Source: Eremomyces bilateralis CBS 781.70
Taxonomy: Eukaryota
DNA: 64,000 nt
NCBI GenBank assembly: GCA_010015585.1
Contig: ML975152.1
Strand: one strand, 5' to 3'
Shown: positions 50,553-62,838 of the stretch, in pieces
Layout of the letters: the number at the start of each line of letters is the position of its first letter
Numbering within the stretch: the stretch's first letter is position 1
Notes under the pieces: generated by a model
The model's database searches: none
The model's input: only the letters and a program-made list of their open reading frames with translations
What the model was told of the DNA's origin: nothing
Program-made: the position numbers and the translations under genes

Positions 50553-52267
50553 TACATCAATTCATGCGTACGGCACGCTAATTGTGTATGGGATGTCATC
50601 TACGGGCGGAGCCTCGTGAATATACTACCTAGAATCTCCGAGCATCTATACATTCGAGACTCCGTCCGTTGTCATTTCTAACCTCAGGTCGATCGTAATT
50701 TATGCTTACCTTCGTAAAGGAGGCAACCAGGCACCAAGCTTCTCCCGTTTCCCTGCACTCGTGTCACTTGGGACAGGTAGGTTGAAACTTGAAAGGCGTC
50801 CTTCTGCTCTGGAATCCTGCACTAGGATTCTAATTCATCTAACGACCTTTCATATTGGCAGGCAATTCAATGATTTGTTGATACGGAGTCTCATGCGGCT
50901 GAGAATGGACTGGACCGTTGGGTTGTAAGTCAATATACCGAGCGTTTGCCTGGTTTTGGTCAACATCCCATCCTGGGCCATCGACGGTTTGTGTTTTCGG
51001 GATACGGACAGCATAGATTTGCGATTCGTTATTTGACGTCAATGACACGGCCAAAGACACTTTACACTCATAGGACGAGTCTCCAAGGTTTGCCACAGAT
51101 ATTGAGATATGGGTATCAGTTTGTGATGAGCCGCCTACCAGCAAGAACTTGAGATTGGGCAAAATCATAACTAGTGATGAGGAATAGATTGGCGTTTTGT
51201 ATCGAAGTTTCCTATTGAAGATTGACAATGTCCCCTTCAGTATACCAAAAGGTCACTAAATTTGGCTCGGTAAACCTTAGTAATATTCTTCGTGCTCTTC
51301 ACCGGGGAGGAATTAACCACTACTGAGAGGAAAAAATGTTAACTAGGAGAAAAATAGTAAACAATGACAAACGCATGATACGCAACATCGGACCGAAGAT
51401 ACGATACTCTAGGAAAACAAAGTCACTAGAAATTCACACCAGACTCAACAAACATCGAAAGGTAGCCTTCAGGCAGTGGAAATCGGACAGGCATGCAGTT
51501 CAATGAGAGCTCAATGCCACAACCAAGATAAGTACTAACTACCCGGAGTAGCTACATGATAGATAATACTTTCTTCTCAATCATATTTGCATCTTATGGC
51601 GAGTTTGCGACAGACCGGAGATAACTTCTTTTGAATAGCAGCACCGAGGCCAGGAAGGTATCCGAGAAGCAATTCGAAAGCTACTGGTGTGGTTGGTATA
51701 GATTGGGTTGGGGGTCGGGTGGAATGCACTGAAATTTTCAGGGGAATTACTCTGTACCGATGATGGATTCGTCACATTTTCACATGAGAGTGGACATGGT
51801 CCAATAAGAAGCATTTAATTATACACTAGTGTATGTATTAAACGTCCTCGGCCGTATTAGGGAGGGAAATGGCCAATATACATCTTGCGCCTTGCATGGC
51901 TACCCGGCTTTATTGGAGATTCGGAGCCTTATGCTTAACTGGTTAACGAGTAGGACTGAGGAGGATACGATCACACCAAGTGGAATGGTGCATAACATTG
52001 CCTCTCGGCTCTCCGGCTACAGCATTGTGATCTCATACCCTAACGCTCAATAATACATAGTAGTATGGTCATACGGAGCCTGGCATTGGTCCACTAGTGT
52101 AAAATTGGCGTCACAAGCGTCCAGGAGCCCCGGACTTCCAAAACCTCCCTGGCTGTCCAGCACGAGGCGCCCTCCACCCTGGCTAAATGGCTTTTTGGTC
52201 GTTGGTACACGAACCTCCACGATCCCTTAAACTTCCCTTGTCTTTATGCTGATGTGCCATCCATTGA

Positions 52268-53747
52268 ATGGCTCCTCCGACCATGTGGAGAGCAAAAGCT
52301 GAGCAGGCGAGCTCAATGTTGCCATCACGTCGAGGTCATTTCCCGGCTATACGAGTGTTGGGTGCTTTGGTTGCGTTTGTCTTCGTTTACACATCCCTTT
52401 CGAGGGTATTTCACGGGTCAAGATCGCGGAACGCTCCTGTCTCCTTAAGTCCGCTCAGGTTCGGGTCGAACGATACTGCCCATCGACCATGTCCCTATAT
52501 ACCTGGACTGGACGATGTCCTTGTCGTGATGAAGACCGGATCGAGCGAAGCCGACACCAAGTTGCCATGGCACTTCTCGACGACCTTCCGATGTGTCCCC
52601 CATCATTTCATCGTCTCCGACTTGGAAGAGTCCATCCAAGGGTATGATCTCCACGATGCCCTTCGCGACGTCAGCCCAGCGATCCGGAAAGACGTACCGG
52701 AGATGGAACTGTACAATAACTTGAGAGAGCATGGCCGGAAAGCATTGGACGATTACGACTTCACCAAGTACACCCAATCAAAACAGGCAAAAAAGGATGG
52801 CAGGGAGAATCCGGCACACAAGCTCGACAAGTGGAAATTCTTGCCTATGGCCCATCAGGCATACCAGCATCGGCCGGCCGCCAAATGGTACGTGTTCATG
52901 GAAGCGGACACGTACCTGTCGTGGTCGAACGTCATGAAGTGGCTCAATAATTTCGATGCCTCGAAGCCGCAGTACCTTGGCAGCCAGATGCAGATCGGAG
53001 AAACCATTTTCGCCTTTGGCGGCACCGGCTTTGCGATATCCAATCCGGCGATGAAAGAACTGGTCGACTACCGAAGCCGACACTTGGGCGACCTGGAGGA
53101 ATATACCAAGAATGGATGGGCAGGTGACGAGATCCTTGGACATGTACTTGGGGATATGGGTGTCAAATTGGTATGGGGATATCCAAACTCGCAGATGTCT
53201 CTGCCGCAGGAGCTATCATATACCGAAGCCGAGTATGACAAGCGGTTATGGTGCTACGCGCCAATCGGATGGCACCGTGTGGACTCGGAGGACATCGACG
53301 CGTTGTACTCATTCGATCTGACCTTCAACCATAATGTAAGTGATCCCAAGCAAGCTCTTCCGACCATGGCTAAGCCGACGACAGAAATCCCTCCTCCTCC
53401 ACTCCGACATGTTTAACCAGTACGTCCTCCCCCAAATCGAAGCCGCTCCTGAGAGAGACGACTGGGAAAACCTGGCGGAGGAGGTCCATGGAATCGGACC
53501 GGACAGTCCACACGTGAGGACCGCGGCGGCCTGCCGGTCGCTGTGCATGAAGGATAAGAATTGCAAGCAGTATACGTATGGACACGGCATCTGTCGAACC
53601 TCCTCCTCCGTCCGGCTCGGAGAACCGGTTGCTCGAAGCAGTCCGCAATTGTGGTTACCCACGCACTCTGGATGGATCGTTAACCGGGTGAGAGCGTTTT
53701 CCAAGAAGATGCCTGCATGCCGGGAGGGGCCGTGGGTTCTATCGTGA
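52268..53747 (+). CDS. Glycosyltransferase family 31 (Fringe-like), type II membrane protein
   Basis: N-terminal TM helix, VVMKTG, LDKWKFLPM, KWYVFMEADTY, FAFGGTGFAIS and WAGD. Intron 53336-53384. Cys-containing C-terminal domain. Confidence 0.88.
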
Positions 53748-55613
53748 GAAATCCGCGGTCATGTTGCCCTTCCACACGGATAGCCTTCTCGGCCTGTCAA
53801 TTCGTCTTGGATGGCATATGGAATCGTGGCCGTACGTCACTGGCTACGAGGGTTTGAACATATTATGGAAGGAAACGTGCTTACGAAGACTGCGATGCCG
53901 CGTCAACTTGGATCTCCCACTGCTCGCAGTATCCCCACGGACTCTTAAGATCTAGTTGACCGTCAGGCGAAGTGTTCAAATGGCACCGGATATGGAGGAC
54001 ATACAGGCAATTCACTTTCGGAAGAAGTGCAAGGCGTTCGGATATTGGGTTGCTTCTGCCTTTGGGAAGGCATTCATGTACTGTACAGTGTCCTCGGTAT
54101 CCAGCTTGTCATTTCCGGGGGCTTATGACACTGGAAGGGGTTAAGCGATAAAGCGGAAGGTACATACCTGTAATGATCAATAGACCGCAATATAGCTGCA
54201 CAGTATTTGAAGGGATCGTCATTCCAAACCATAATGGCATAGTCCAACCCATCAATAGTAGATCATACATGTAGCGGTGCAATAGACCAGATGGAGCGGG
54301 TCTGATATGGCAACGATATCACCACCTTCTGATTTTGTCGGCTGTTCAATAATTCCGTACTAAATCTGAAAAAAACAACTCTCAGAGCCTTCCACTTCAC
54401 CCAGCGGGTTAAACGAAATGGGATCATGATTCACACTTTCAAATCAATGTTGAACTAGCGGCCCTCAAACCTCCCAAGTCCCAGCCGAGGAGCAGTTCGT
54501 CCATAAAATTGTGCAATTTTCATCAGATTTTATGACCGATACGCGAAATGCTCCAATCATGGATGGACATGAAGATGTTCAACAAATGTATGATTCTGTC
54601 TTTGGCAGTCTAACCTTATTTTCTTCATGCCCCTCTACGTTTTGCTGGGGGTAAACTTACCTCAAGCCTATCCGTCGCTATCGAGAGTATTCCGTCTGTA
54701 TTCGAGGTCTATCCGCGCCACGTTTTGTGCTCGACGGAAAACAGTCTTGTGTAATGTGTTCTATCAAAAGAATTGAACAGTTTCAACCTTTTCATTTGCT
54801 CGTCGTTTCTCCATTCCTAGTCCTTCATCCGTTTCTCGTTTTCTGGTGGTTTGGTTTTCCCCACAGGATCAATAAGATTGACGCCTCGTGCTGTTTTGAA
54901 ACACGCCCCAGCGCCGAGCCTGGGAAAGTGGTGCACGACTCAACGGTTTACGGTTTGATCGAACGCCATTGTTGTCCAAGCGCATTTCATTGATGGGATT
55001 GTGTTTGGCTACTTGCCTTCAGACCGGCGTGTCGCTACTTGCGATGATACGGAGATTGGAAAATCTAGGAGATGGTGAAGGAGTATCTGAAGTTTCCGAT
55101 CCCTCAGCTTCCTTGCTGGCGGTCTTGCCTGCAGGTACTACCACAGAGCCCTGCAGCATCCTGAACGAAATTGGGTGCAACTCTTCAACATGATGATTGA
55201 TGTCTTTTGGATTGACGCCAGACACCAGGTTAGCCCAAGCCACGATAGAAAAGTGTTTCTTCATGGTGGGGATCTAAGGACCTGTCATCTGGGGTCGTTG
55301 TAGCATGGTCCTCGAACGAGGTACTTATTTCTGAAGTCTTTCCTCTCATGCTGTCTCATCGCTCTCTCGCTCTCTTCATCCGTCTCAAAAGTCATCCACA
55401 TTCGTTTCTTTCCTTCAGGGCCAGAGGCTCACTTCCATTGCGGTCTGAGATCGCGTCGTTCATTTGCTCGAGTATCACCAAGTCACTCATTTGATTGTCT
55501 TTCTCTTCGTCAGTCAGTCAGTTATACACTGCTGGTCTCTGCCTTCACAAGTCAACAAGGGCTTCCATTGTTCAATTCACAGCTTCAAAGCAAGGAACTC
55601 GACACCGACCAAT

Positions 55614-57200
55614 ATGCGAGTCTTTTCCAATCTCGCAACCATGGCGGGTCTTGCCACCCTGGCCCATGCATACATACGCTTCGATTGTCGTGGTGTGCTC
55701 GTCGAAGAACGGGCCGATCCGATTGTGAATCCAGGTCAAATCGCTGGCCACGTTCATAAGATTGTAGGGGGAGATGGCTTCGACTTGACCATGGACTACG
55801 ATAAAGCCGTTGCTTCGAGTTGTTCAACTTGTCAAATTAAACAGGACAAGAGCAACTACTGGACTCCAAAGCTTTACTATCAAGCGCAGAACGGAAGTTT
55901 CATTAACGTTCCTGGACCCGGTGACCCAGAGGATAAGAATAGCGGCATGATTGTCTACTATCAACAGCGCGGACCCAACCCCAAAGCTCTCAAGGCCTTC
56001 CCCAAAGGCTTCCGGATGCTGGCTGGTAACCCCTCGAAACGATCCTTCGGCGGTGACTTTGCTTCCGATGCGGTTCGCTTCGCCTGCCTTGACGCTGGCA
56101 AGCCAGAAACAAATGATATGCCGAATTACAATTGCCCCAACGGCCTTCGTCTCCAGATCTACTTCCCGTCATGCTGGGATGGGGAGAATCTCGATTCTCC
56201 TGACCATCGCTCCCATATGGCGTATCCGAAATCCGGCAACTTCGACAACGGCCCATGCCCCGACTCTCACCCCGTCCAACTCGTCTCCCTCTTCTTTGAG
56301 GTCCTCTACGACACCAACCGCTTTAAGGACATGTGGTACGGTGACAAGCACCCCTTTGTTCTATCCAACGGCGACACGACCGGCTACTCCTTCCACGGCG
56401 ACTTCGTCAACGGCTGGGACGTCGACGTGCTCCAGAACATCGTCGATAACTGCAAGGATGACTCCAAATTCGGTTCGATCAATAAGGATGCCTGCCCCAT
56501 TATCGAGCAGTATAGCTTCGAAGAGATGCAAGCCTGCAAGGTCCCTACAAAGTTCAATGAGCTGGTCAAGGGCGCATTAGACCAGCTTCCAGGCTGCAAC
56601 CCGGTTACATCCGGCCCGGACGCCGTCACACCTGGTTCGGGTGCAGACTGTGGCGCCCCTGCAGAAGGTGGTGGCTCCTTGCCCGTCCCTACGGCATCCT
56701 CATCTGCTCCAGTCCCTTCCTCAAGCTCGTCTGTCCCGTCCGTCCCATCTGTCCCAACCTCCGGCCCTTCTCCCCCTGCCGATGATGGCCCAACCGTGCA
56801 AGGATACGAGTACATCGGCTGCGCCAACGATTCCCACGACCGAACACTCAAGGGAGCAACTACGATCTACACCGCCGAAGCCGGGCCGCTGATGAGCCTC
56901 GAGTACTGCGCCGACTTTTGCCAGGGCACTACCTACTTCGGCGTGCAGTACGGCCAGGAATGCTTCTGTGGAGAGTCGATCTCGGCGGGCCGCGAACCTT
57001 CGGTTGACAACGGTGCGAAATGCATAATGAAATGCAAGGCGAATGGAAGCCAGACGTGTGGAGGCGACTGGTCGATCAGCTTGTACAAGCTTGCCGGAAA
57101 TCTCGCCGTGAGCAAGCGACACTTGGCGGTCGAGAAGGGCATGGAAGCGAAGGCGAGGCATTTGCATCGCAGGAGTAAACATGGGAATATGTTTTCCTAG
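55614..57200 (+). CDS. Secreted DUF1996 + WSC domain protein
   Basis: Signal peptide, ERADPIVNPG...HVH, DKSNYWTP, FPSCWDG and HGDFVNGWD. A S/P linker precedes the WSC domain (YIGCAND...YFGVQYGQECFCG...CGG). Confidence 0.92.
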   Translation: MRVFSNLATMAGLATLAHAYIRFDCRGVLVEERADPIVNPGQIAGHVHKIVGGDGFDLTMDYDKAVASSCSTCQIKQDKSNYWTPKLYYQAQNGSFINVPGPGDPEDKNSGMIVYYQQRGPNPKALKAFPKGFRMLAGNPSKRSFGGDFASDAVRFACLDAGKPETNDMPNYNCPNGLRLQIYFPSCWDGENLDSPDHRSHMAYPKSGNFDNGPCPDSHPVQLVSLFFEVLYDTNRFKDMWYGDKHPFVLSNGDTTGYSFHGDFVNGWDVDVLQNIVDNCKDDSKFGSINKDACPIIEQYSFEEMQACKVPTKFNELVKGALDQLPGCNPVTSGPDAVTPGSGADCGAPAEGGGSLPVPTASSSAPVPSSSSSVPSVPSVPTSGPSPPADDGPTVQGYEYIGCANDSHDRTLKGATTIYTAEAGPLMSLEYCADFCQGTTYFGVQYGQECFCGESISAGREPSVDNGAKCIMKCKANGSQTCGGDWSISLYKLAGNLAVSKRHLAVEKGMEAKARHLHRRSKHGNMFS

Positions 57201-57956
57201 GAGGTGTACCTTTCGCTGTTTCTTTCCTGCCCTGGCGTGGCCTTATGAATCTAGAATTATCCAGACAGATATTCCCTAGTTTAGTTTGGGTATAGATAGA
57301 CAGCATCCCCTGTTAACACTTCGATTTAAGTAAAAACTGAAAATTAAAGGTTGGTTGGCTATTAAACTGACTCTACTTCTCTTGAATCTTTGGATTTGTA
57401 GCTCTTTTGCCTTGTGCGAAGGTTATTTAAGGTCGAGATCACATCGTGGGGAGCCCGGAAGAGGCAGCAGCTCTTGAGTGGATGAGTAGATCAGATAGGC
57501 TTCATGTCATGGGAGAAAAGATATAGAACAATGATATGAATATCTGATGCAGTGTTTTAGACAAGCCATCCAGTCGATGTATGACTTGCTAAAGCTTCAT
57601 GTACCCAGCCGCAAATCTTCTCAATTGCTCAAGTGCGCTGATAGTCTGCTGAGAATACCATATGCATTCAATCTATCTACCGTGACCGATGCCGATGAAT
57701 TGATTACATGAGGAAAAGCAAATTTGAGACATCATACAGTACAAGCCCATAAAGCACGCTGTTTACTCCGCTGTGAAAAACTCAATCCGACTCAAGAGCG
57801 TACCTCCAGCCCTCAACTTCTGAGGCCACGAATATCTCCACCGTCACCGAGCCACCAATGTCGCCATTACGTTTTACACAACGTCCGATGAATGTGTCTT
57901 GGACACGAGTACCGAGGAAAGGTTGTTTGTCAAGTCCCGATGCTTTAATGGGGCAC

Positions 57957-58862
57957 CTAGCAGTGAACATCCCCTGCTGTTCGGGAGTTCATAAGCAGGG
58001 CAACAATCAGACCGTAGAGACCTAACATCCAAATCAGCAAAATGATTCCGGACATTCGAAGTTGCATGCAACATACCCAAGACTTCGGCGAAAATGAGGA
58101 TCAAAATCATGCCGACATAGAGACGTGGCTGTTGAGCGGTACCGCGAACACCAGCATCACCGACGATTCCAATGGCAAAACCCGCAGCCAGACCGGCCAA
58201 ACCGACGGAAAGACCAGCTCCGAGCTGAATGAAGCCGGTGAACAGCGAGCTTTTTTGTTGAAGGTTGTTGGAGATCAGGACGGACACGACGAGACCGTAG
58301 ATACCGATGATACCAGCCATGATGACGGGAATGATGTCTGCGTTCAATAGTTAGCATTCAATAAACATGAAATTCGGGTGATGGTCTCAATAGCCCCCGC
58401 TTTCGGGCACAGAAGGCATGCCTCATGGATATCTGATGGTGATATTAGGGATTACACATACTTTTCACGATCAGGTCTGGTCTCAAGACACCCATAGCGG
58501 AGATACCGACACCGGACTTAGCAGTACCATAGGCAGCACCAAAGCAGGTGAACACAATTGCGGAGGTGCACCCCATCGCACCGAAGAAGGGCTAGTAATG
58601 ATGTTAATGTTTAGCTTCGAAGGGACACGGTAGGGGCGGTGCAGTTCGACCCGGTGCCTCCGGTCGTTGGCAATCGGGGCGGTTGAGTAGGGCAAATCGA
58701 AGTAGCGATCGGGGTTTCGGTGAACTTACGGCATACACAGGACTACATTAGACAACGGGTTAGCGGAGAGCTTAATGGAAGGGTGTTGCTCGTTGAGCTC
58801 TGCTCCGTGTCTCAGGAAGCACAGGCATAGGGGAAGAGAGCTTACCATAAATCGGTCGACAT
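57957..58862 (-). CDS. vma3: V-type ATPase 16-kDa proteolipid subunit c, 5 exons
   Basis: [24 protein letters not shown]...[25 protein letters not shown]...[33 protein letters not shown]. Confidence 0.96.
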
Positions 58863-59029
58863 CTTGGCTGTTGGTGAAGCGTCGAAGCTTGTTTTGCAAT
58901 GAAATGAGGTATGGAGAAGTAATAGAGCTTGCTACAGAGTAGAGTAGATGGATTGTGGTGGCAGCAAGCTTGGTCGGGTCGAGTCGATGAGGTTGAACAG
59001 AGCAACTTGAAGTCAAACAACTCGTCGCG

Positions 59030-59112
59030 CACGTGACATAGTAAGATGAGATGCACGTGCGCGTCATCACCGCACGTGACCTATAGTCTTGGCATTCGAC
59101 TTCAAATTTTTT
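59030..59112. promoter_or_regulatory. Three CACGTG E-boxes plus PAC-like GATGAG and RRPE-like AAATTTTTT in the vma3/snu13 divergent promoter
   Basis: CACGTG at 59030, 59054 and 59073. GATGAG at about 59045 and an A/T tract at about 59104-59112. Confidence 0.5.
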
Positions 59113-59245
59113 GTCAGGTCGCCATCAGTGTGAGGAAAAAGAGGAAAAAGAGGAAAAAGTTGCGTATCTTAGTCCACGATCTTCAAATTTCCACCTCACG
59201 GACCCAACCTCAAACCGAATTGAGCATTCGAATATCTTTGTCAAA

Positions 59246-59857
59246 ATGGACAATCAATCTGCCGCCTGGCCTGTCGCTGATGCTGCCTTAACCCAAGTAA
59301 GCTCTTGAAGATTGGTTCAATCTCATGATAGAGCTATTGCTAACGATGTGATACAGGAAATTCGTATGTCCACCCAATACCAACCCGGAAACCGAATTCA
59401 AACGGACGAAGCTAACTGACGTTGCTAATAGTGGACCTGGTCCAGCAATCTTCCCACTACAGGCAGATCAAGAAGGTGAGGCTCTTGCGCATCGAGTTGC
59501 AGTATCGCTACTAACAAGAATATTAGGGTGCCAACGAAGTCACCAAAAGCCTCAACCGTGGTATCGCCGAAGTCGTAATCTTGGCCGCCGATACCACTCC
59601 TTTGGCGATTCTTCTCCATTTGCCCCTCCTTTGCGAAGACAAGGTACGATTTACACGATGTGAATCCTTTCGAGAGCGACGCTGACTTCCTCCTTCAGAA
59701 CGTCCCTTACGTCTATGTCCCATCCAAAGTGGCTCTTGGCCGTGCCGCTGGTGTTAGCCGAAGCGTGATCAGCATATCAATAACCACGAACGAGGCTTCG
59801 GACCTCATGGGCCAGATCCGAGCCCTCAAGGACAAAGTAGAGAGGCTGATGATCTAA
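59246..59857 (+). CDS. snu13: Snu13/15.5K (L7Ae family) U4/U6 and box C/D snoRNP protein, 5 exons
   Basis: [40 protein letters not shown]...[29 protein letters not shown]. Confidence 0.96.
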
Positions 59858-60111
59858 GGTGGAATGGCGGTGGCTCTTGATACCACGCACATCCGTTAGG
59901 ATTCTTTCCGGGTTCGGCGTTGTATTGGGAGTTGATATGCCTCGACAATAACTTGTCAGCTTGAGGCATCCCTCGTTCAAGGGTCAAAGAGGAATCGGAG
60001 TTTCGTCGTTAGATACAGTTACACGGTCAAACTTGACCAAATCTAGGTTACGATCCAAATTCAAAGGGTATCAAACCTGCCAAAGAACTCCCTTTGAAGC
60101 CACTTCCGTGT

Positions 60112-61157
60112 CTAGTCCATTGCCCGCATGACGCCTTCAAAAGCAACCAACGCAATCGCATTCGCCGGGAACGCTCTCAGGAAACATGGCACAAATCCTC
60201 TCCAATATCCTCTCCATCCCTGCTCGCGGTACACGCCCAGCGCCGCATCCACGTACCTCTTATATTTTCTATCCGCGCCTAACTTGTCGGTCATGATTTT
60301 CTGCTTGACCACATCGCTCGGGTAGCTCGTAAGCCAAAAACATTGCGCGCTCAACCCCCCCGCCCAAAAATTGATGCTCGGTGCACCCATACTCGTGTGT
60401 TTTTCCATGCCCTTGGTGAAGACATCGTACATGCCCCACCAGACGAAGAACCAGCCTCGAAATATCAGCGTGGCGAGTAGCCCCTTGTAGAGTCCGCGTA
60501 TTCCATGCGATCGAACGATCTGTTTTGTGCAATCGATCGGTCCGGAGTATTGTCGTCCAGCCTTCGTGGCTGAATATTGGATCTGGAGTCGAGCTTTGAC
60601 GTGCTCTACAGGAGCGGCGATGAAAGAGACGGTAAAGCCGGCACCCATGCCTGCTATCGCATGTCCAATGGTCGGCAGAGGTACGGAGGGCACTGACAAC
60701 GAGCTTTTGTGCGGATTGAAGACATGTTGATGTAGCAAACGACGGTATGCATTAAGGGACCCAAGCATGCTAAATTCGTGTTAACAGAAGAGCATATATA
60801 TGTCGGTAGAAATCCGAACCTACACCGAGTCCATGACCATCCATCCTAATAACGGAGGAGTGGCACCTTTGTAGAGCCCAGAGAGCCCTTCTTTTCGCAC
60901 GGTCTGAAGCAAGCAGTCAAGTGGGCCGCGAAATTGCGTCTTTGACGAAGTTTGGAGGCGCACTTTGATGGTATCAAAAGGATGACCGACTATAAGCTAT
61001 CTCGTTAGGATGATGGCGCAATCCATGGCAATCTCTCAAACATACCACTCAACTTCGCGATACCGGAGAAGACGCCCGCTACATATCCGGTATACATGCT
61101 CGAGGATGCCATCGACACAGCTCTCTTCCCTCCGTCGCTTTGAGTATCATGACTCAT
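60112..61157 (-). CDS. Mitochondrial carrier family protein (carnitine/ornithine/Ymc-like), 3 exons
   Basis: Three PxD/ExxK signatures (HPFDTIKVRLQ, APVEHVKARLQ, YPSDVVKQKIM) and RAFPANA. Confidence 0.93.
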
Positions 61158-61686
61158 TGATGAATTGGTATGAGACATGATATTGTCCTACGGTCCTACC
61201 GGGCTGTATTTGACGGGAAAAACGTGCAGTATAAGCGTTCCTCATCACGCTAGGCAAGACATGCTCCGAGGCAATGGGAACGAGGAAATAGAACTTTGAG
61301 CTCAGGCTATAACGGCAATGGAATGTACATGGAAATCGTAACTGGTAACTAAGGATTGCAACCAGAACTCAATCGATCTAAATGTTGGTAGTGCAAGGTT
61401 GCTCCTAAGAAGAAATAGTAGTCTGTTCCGTCGTCTCACGCTTACCTCCGAAATCGCCGATCGCAAACATCGCCAGTCGCTGGCGTGCTTAGCAATATTA
61501 GAATCGGATAGACACAGCTATGAGATATCCAGTCCAACTTACTAATCCACCTAATCAACCTATTAAATAACGTAGTCTGCATGTCCTAAATGATAATTAA
61601 TTCGATTTCATTTTCATCTCCCTTGTTGGCGTATACACCAAAGCAGAAGGAGATACTCAGTGTAGGCGACAATCAAGGGGGTCGAG

Positions 61687-62713
61687 ATGACATCGCGTCA
61701 TTTTGAAGAGGGGAAAACTGGGGAAAATACGAAAAGCGATGAAGCAATAACCTCGAAGAAAGGTGTGTATCAGTGTAAAACTCAAGTTTCAAATCACTAA
61801 CACCCACCGAGTATGGGTCTCTCTCGTCACCAACCTCGACTACCTCCCGGGATTCCTCACCCTCGAGCATTCCCTCCGCAGCGTAAACTCCGCCTACCCC
61901 CTCGTAGCCCTCTACACTGACGCCCTCCCCCCCGCCGGCCACGCCGCGCTCCGCTCCCGCGGCATCCCCACCCTCCGCGGCGACCACCTCGTCCCCTCCG
62001 TCCCCAAGTCCTACGAGCAGGACCCGCGCTTCCACGAGACCTGGAGCAAACTGAGCGCCTTCTCCCTGACGCAGTTCGACCGCATCGTGCAGCTCGACAG
62101 CGACATGCTCGTCCGTCGGAACATGGACGAGCTGATGGAGCTAGCGCTGGATCCGCCAGGGGAGGAGGGGGCGGGCGACCGCGTGTTTGCGGCGAGCTAT
62201 GCATGCGTGTGTAATCCGTTGGGGAAACCGCATTATCCCAGCGATTGGATCAGGGAGAACTGTGCGTTCACTAGCCAGCATGACGCGCCGGATCGGGCGC
62301 AGACGGAGGGGGCACCGCTGGGTGCTGGGTTGGCGATGCCGAATTCGGGGTTGCTGGTCATCAATCCGAGCCGGGCGGCATATGAGCTGATCTTAAAGGA
62401 ATTGGTAGAAGCGACCTCGACGGCGGCCTATGAATTCGGGGATCAGAGTCTGATCGGGTACACGTTCCGTGGCCGTTGGGCGCCACTGCCATACGTCTAC
62501 AACGCGTTGAAGACGCTGCGGTGGAAGGGCGTCCATGATCAGATTTGGCGGGATGAGCGGGTGAAGAACGTGCATTATATAATGGTCCCCAAACCGTGGG
62601 ATGAACCGGACGGCGAGAGGGGCCAAGCGGACGAAACACACAAGTGGTGGTGGGACGCGAATGATGAACGGAAGAGACTGGAGAAAACAAGAGGGATTGA
62701 GGATGAATTTTGA
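61687..62713 (+). CDS. Glycosyltransferase family 8 (glycogenin/galactinol-synthase-like)
   Basis: WVSLVTNLDYLPG, WSKL, QLDSDMLV (DxD), NSG, DQS, YNALK and HYIMVPKPW. The first exon from 61687 is inferred. Confidence 0.88.
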
Positions 62714-62838
62714 TTGGCATTATTGCATAGTTACTGTTAGACTGTCTGATGTTGCTACAAGCCTACCCCGTTTTGGATGCTAATCCCAATATACCCAGGC
62801 CTGTACTCCTCGCCAATGCCAATTCCAAACGCTACAGT

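Noticed and set aside
50839..51814. Minus-strand ORF fragments (129 aa and 77 aa)
   Set aside because: Could be exons of an orphan gene, but there is no supportable start, splice chain or domain.
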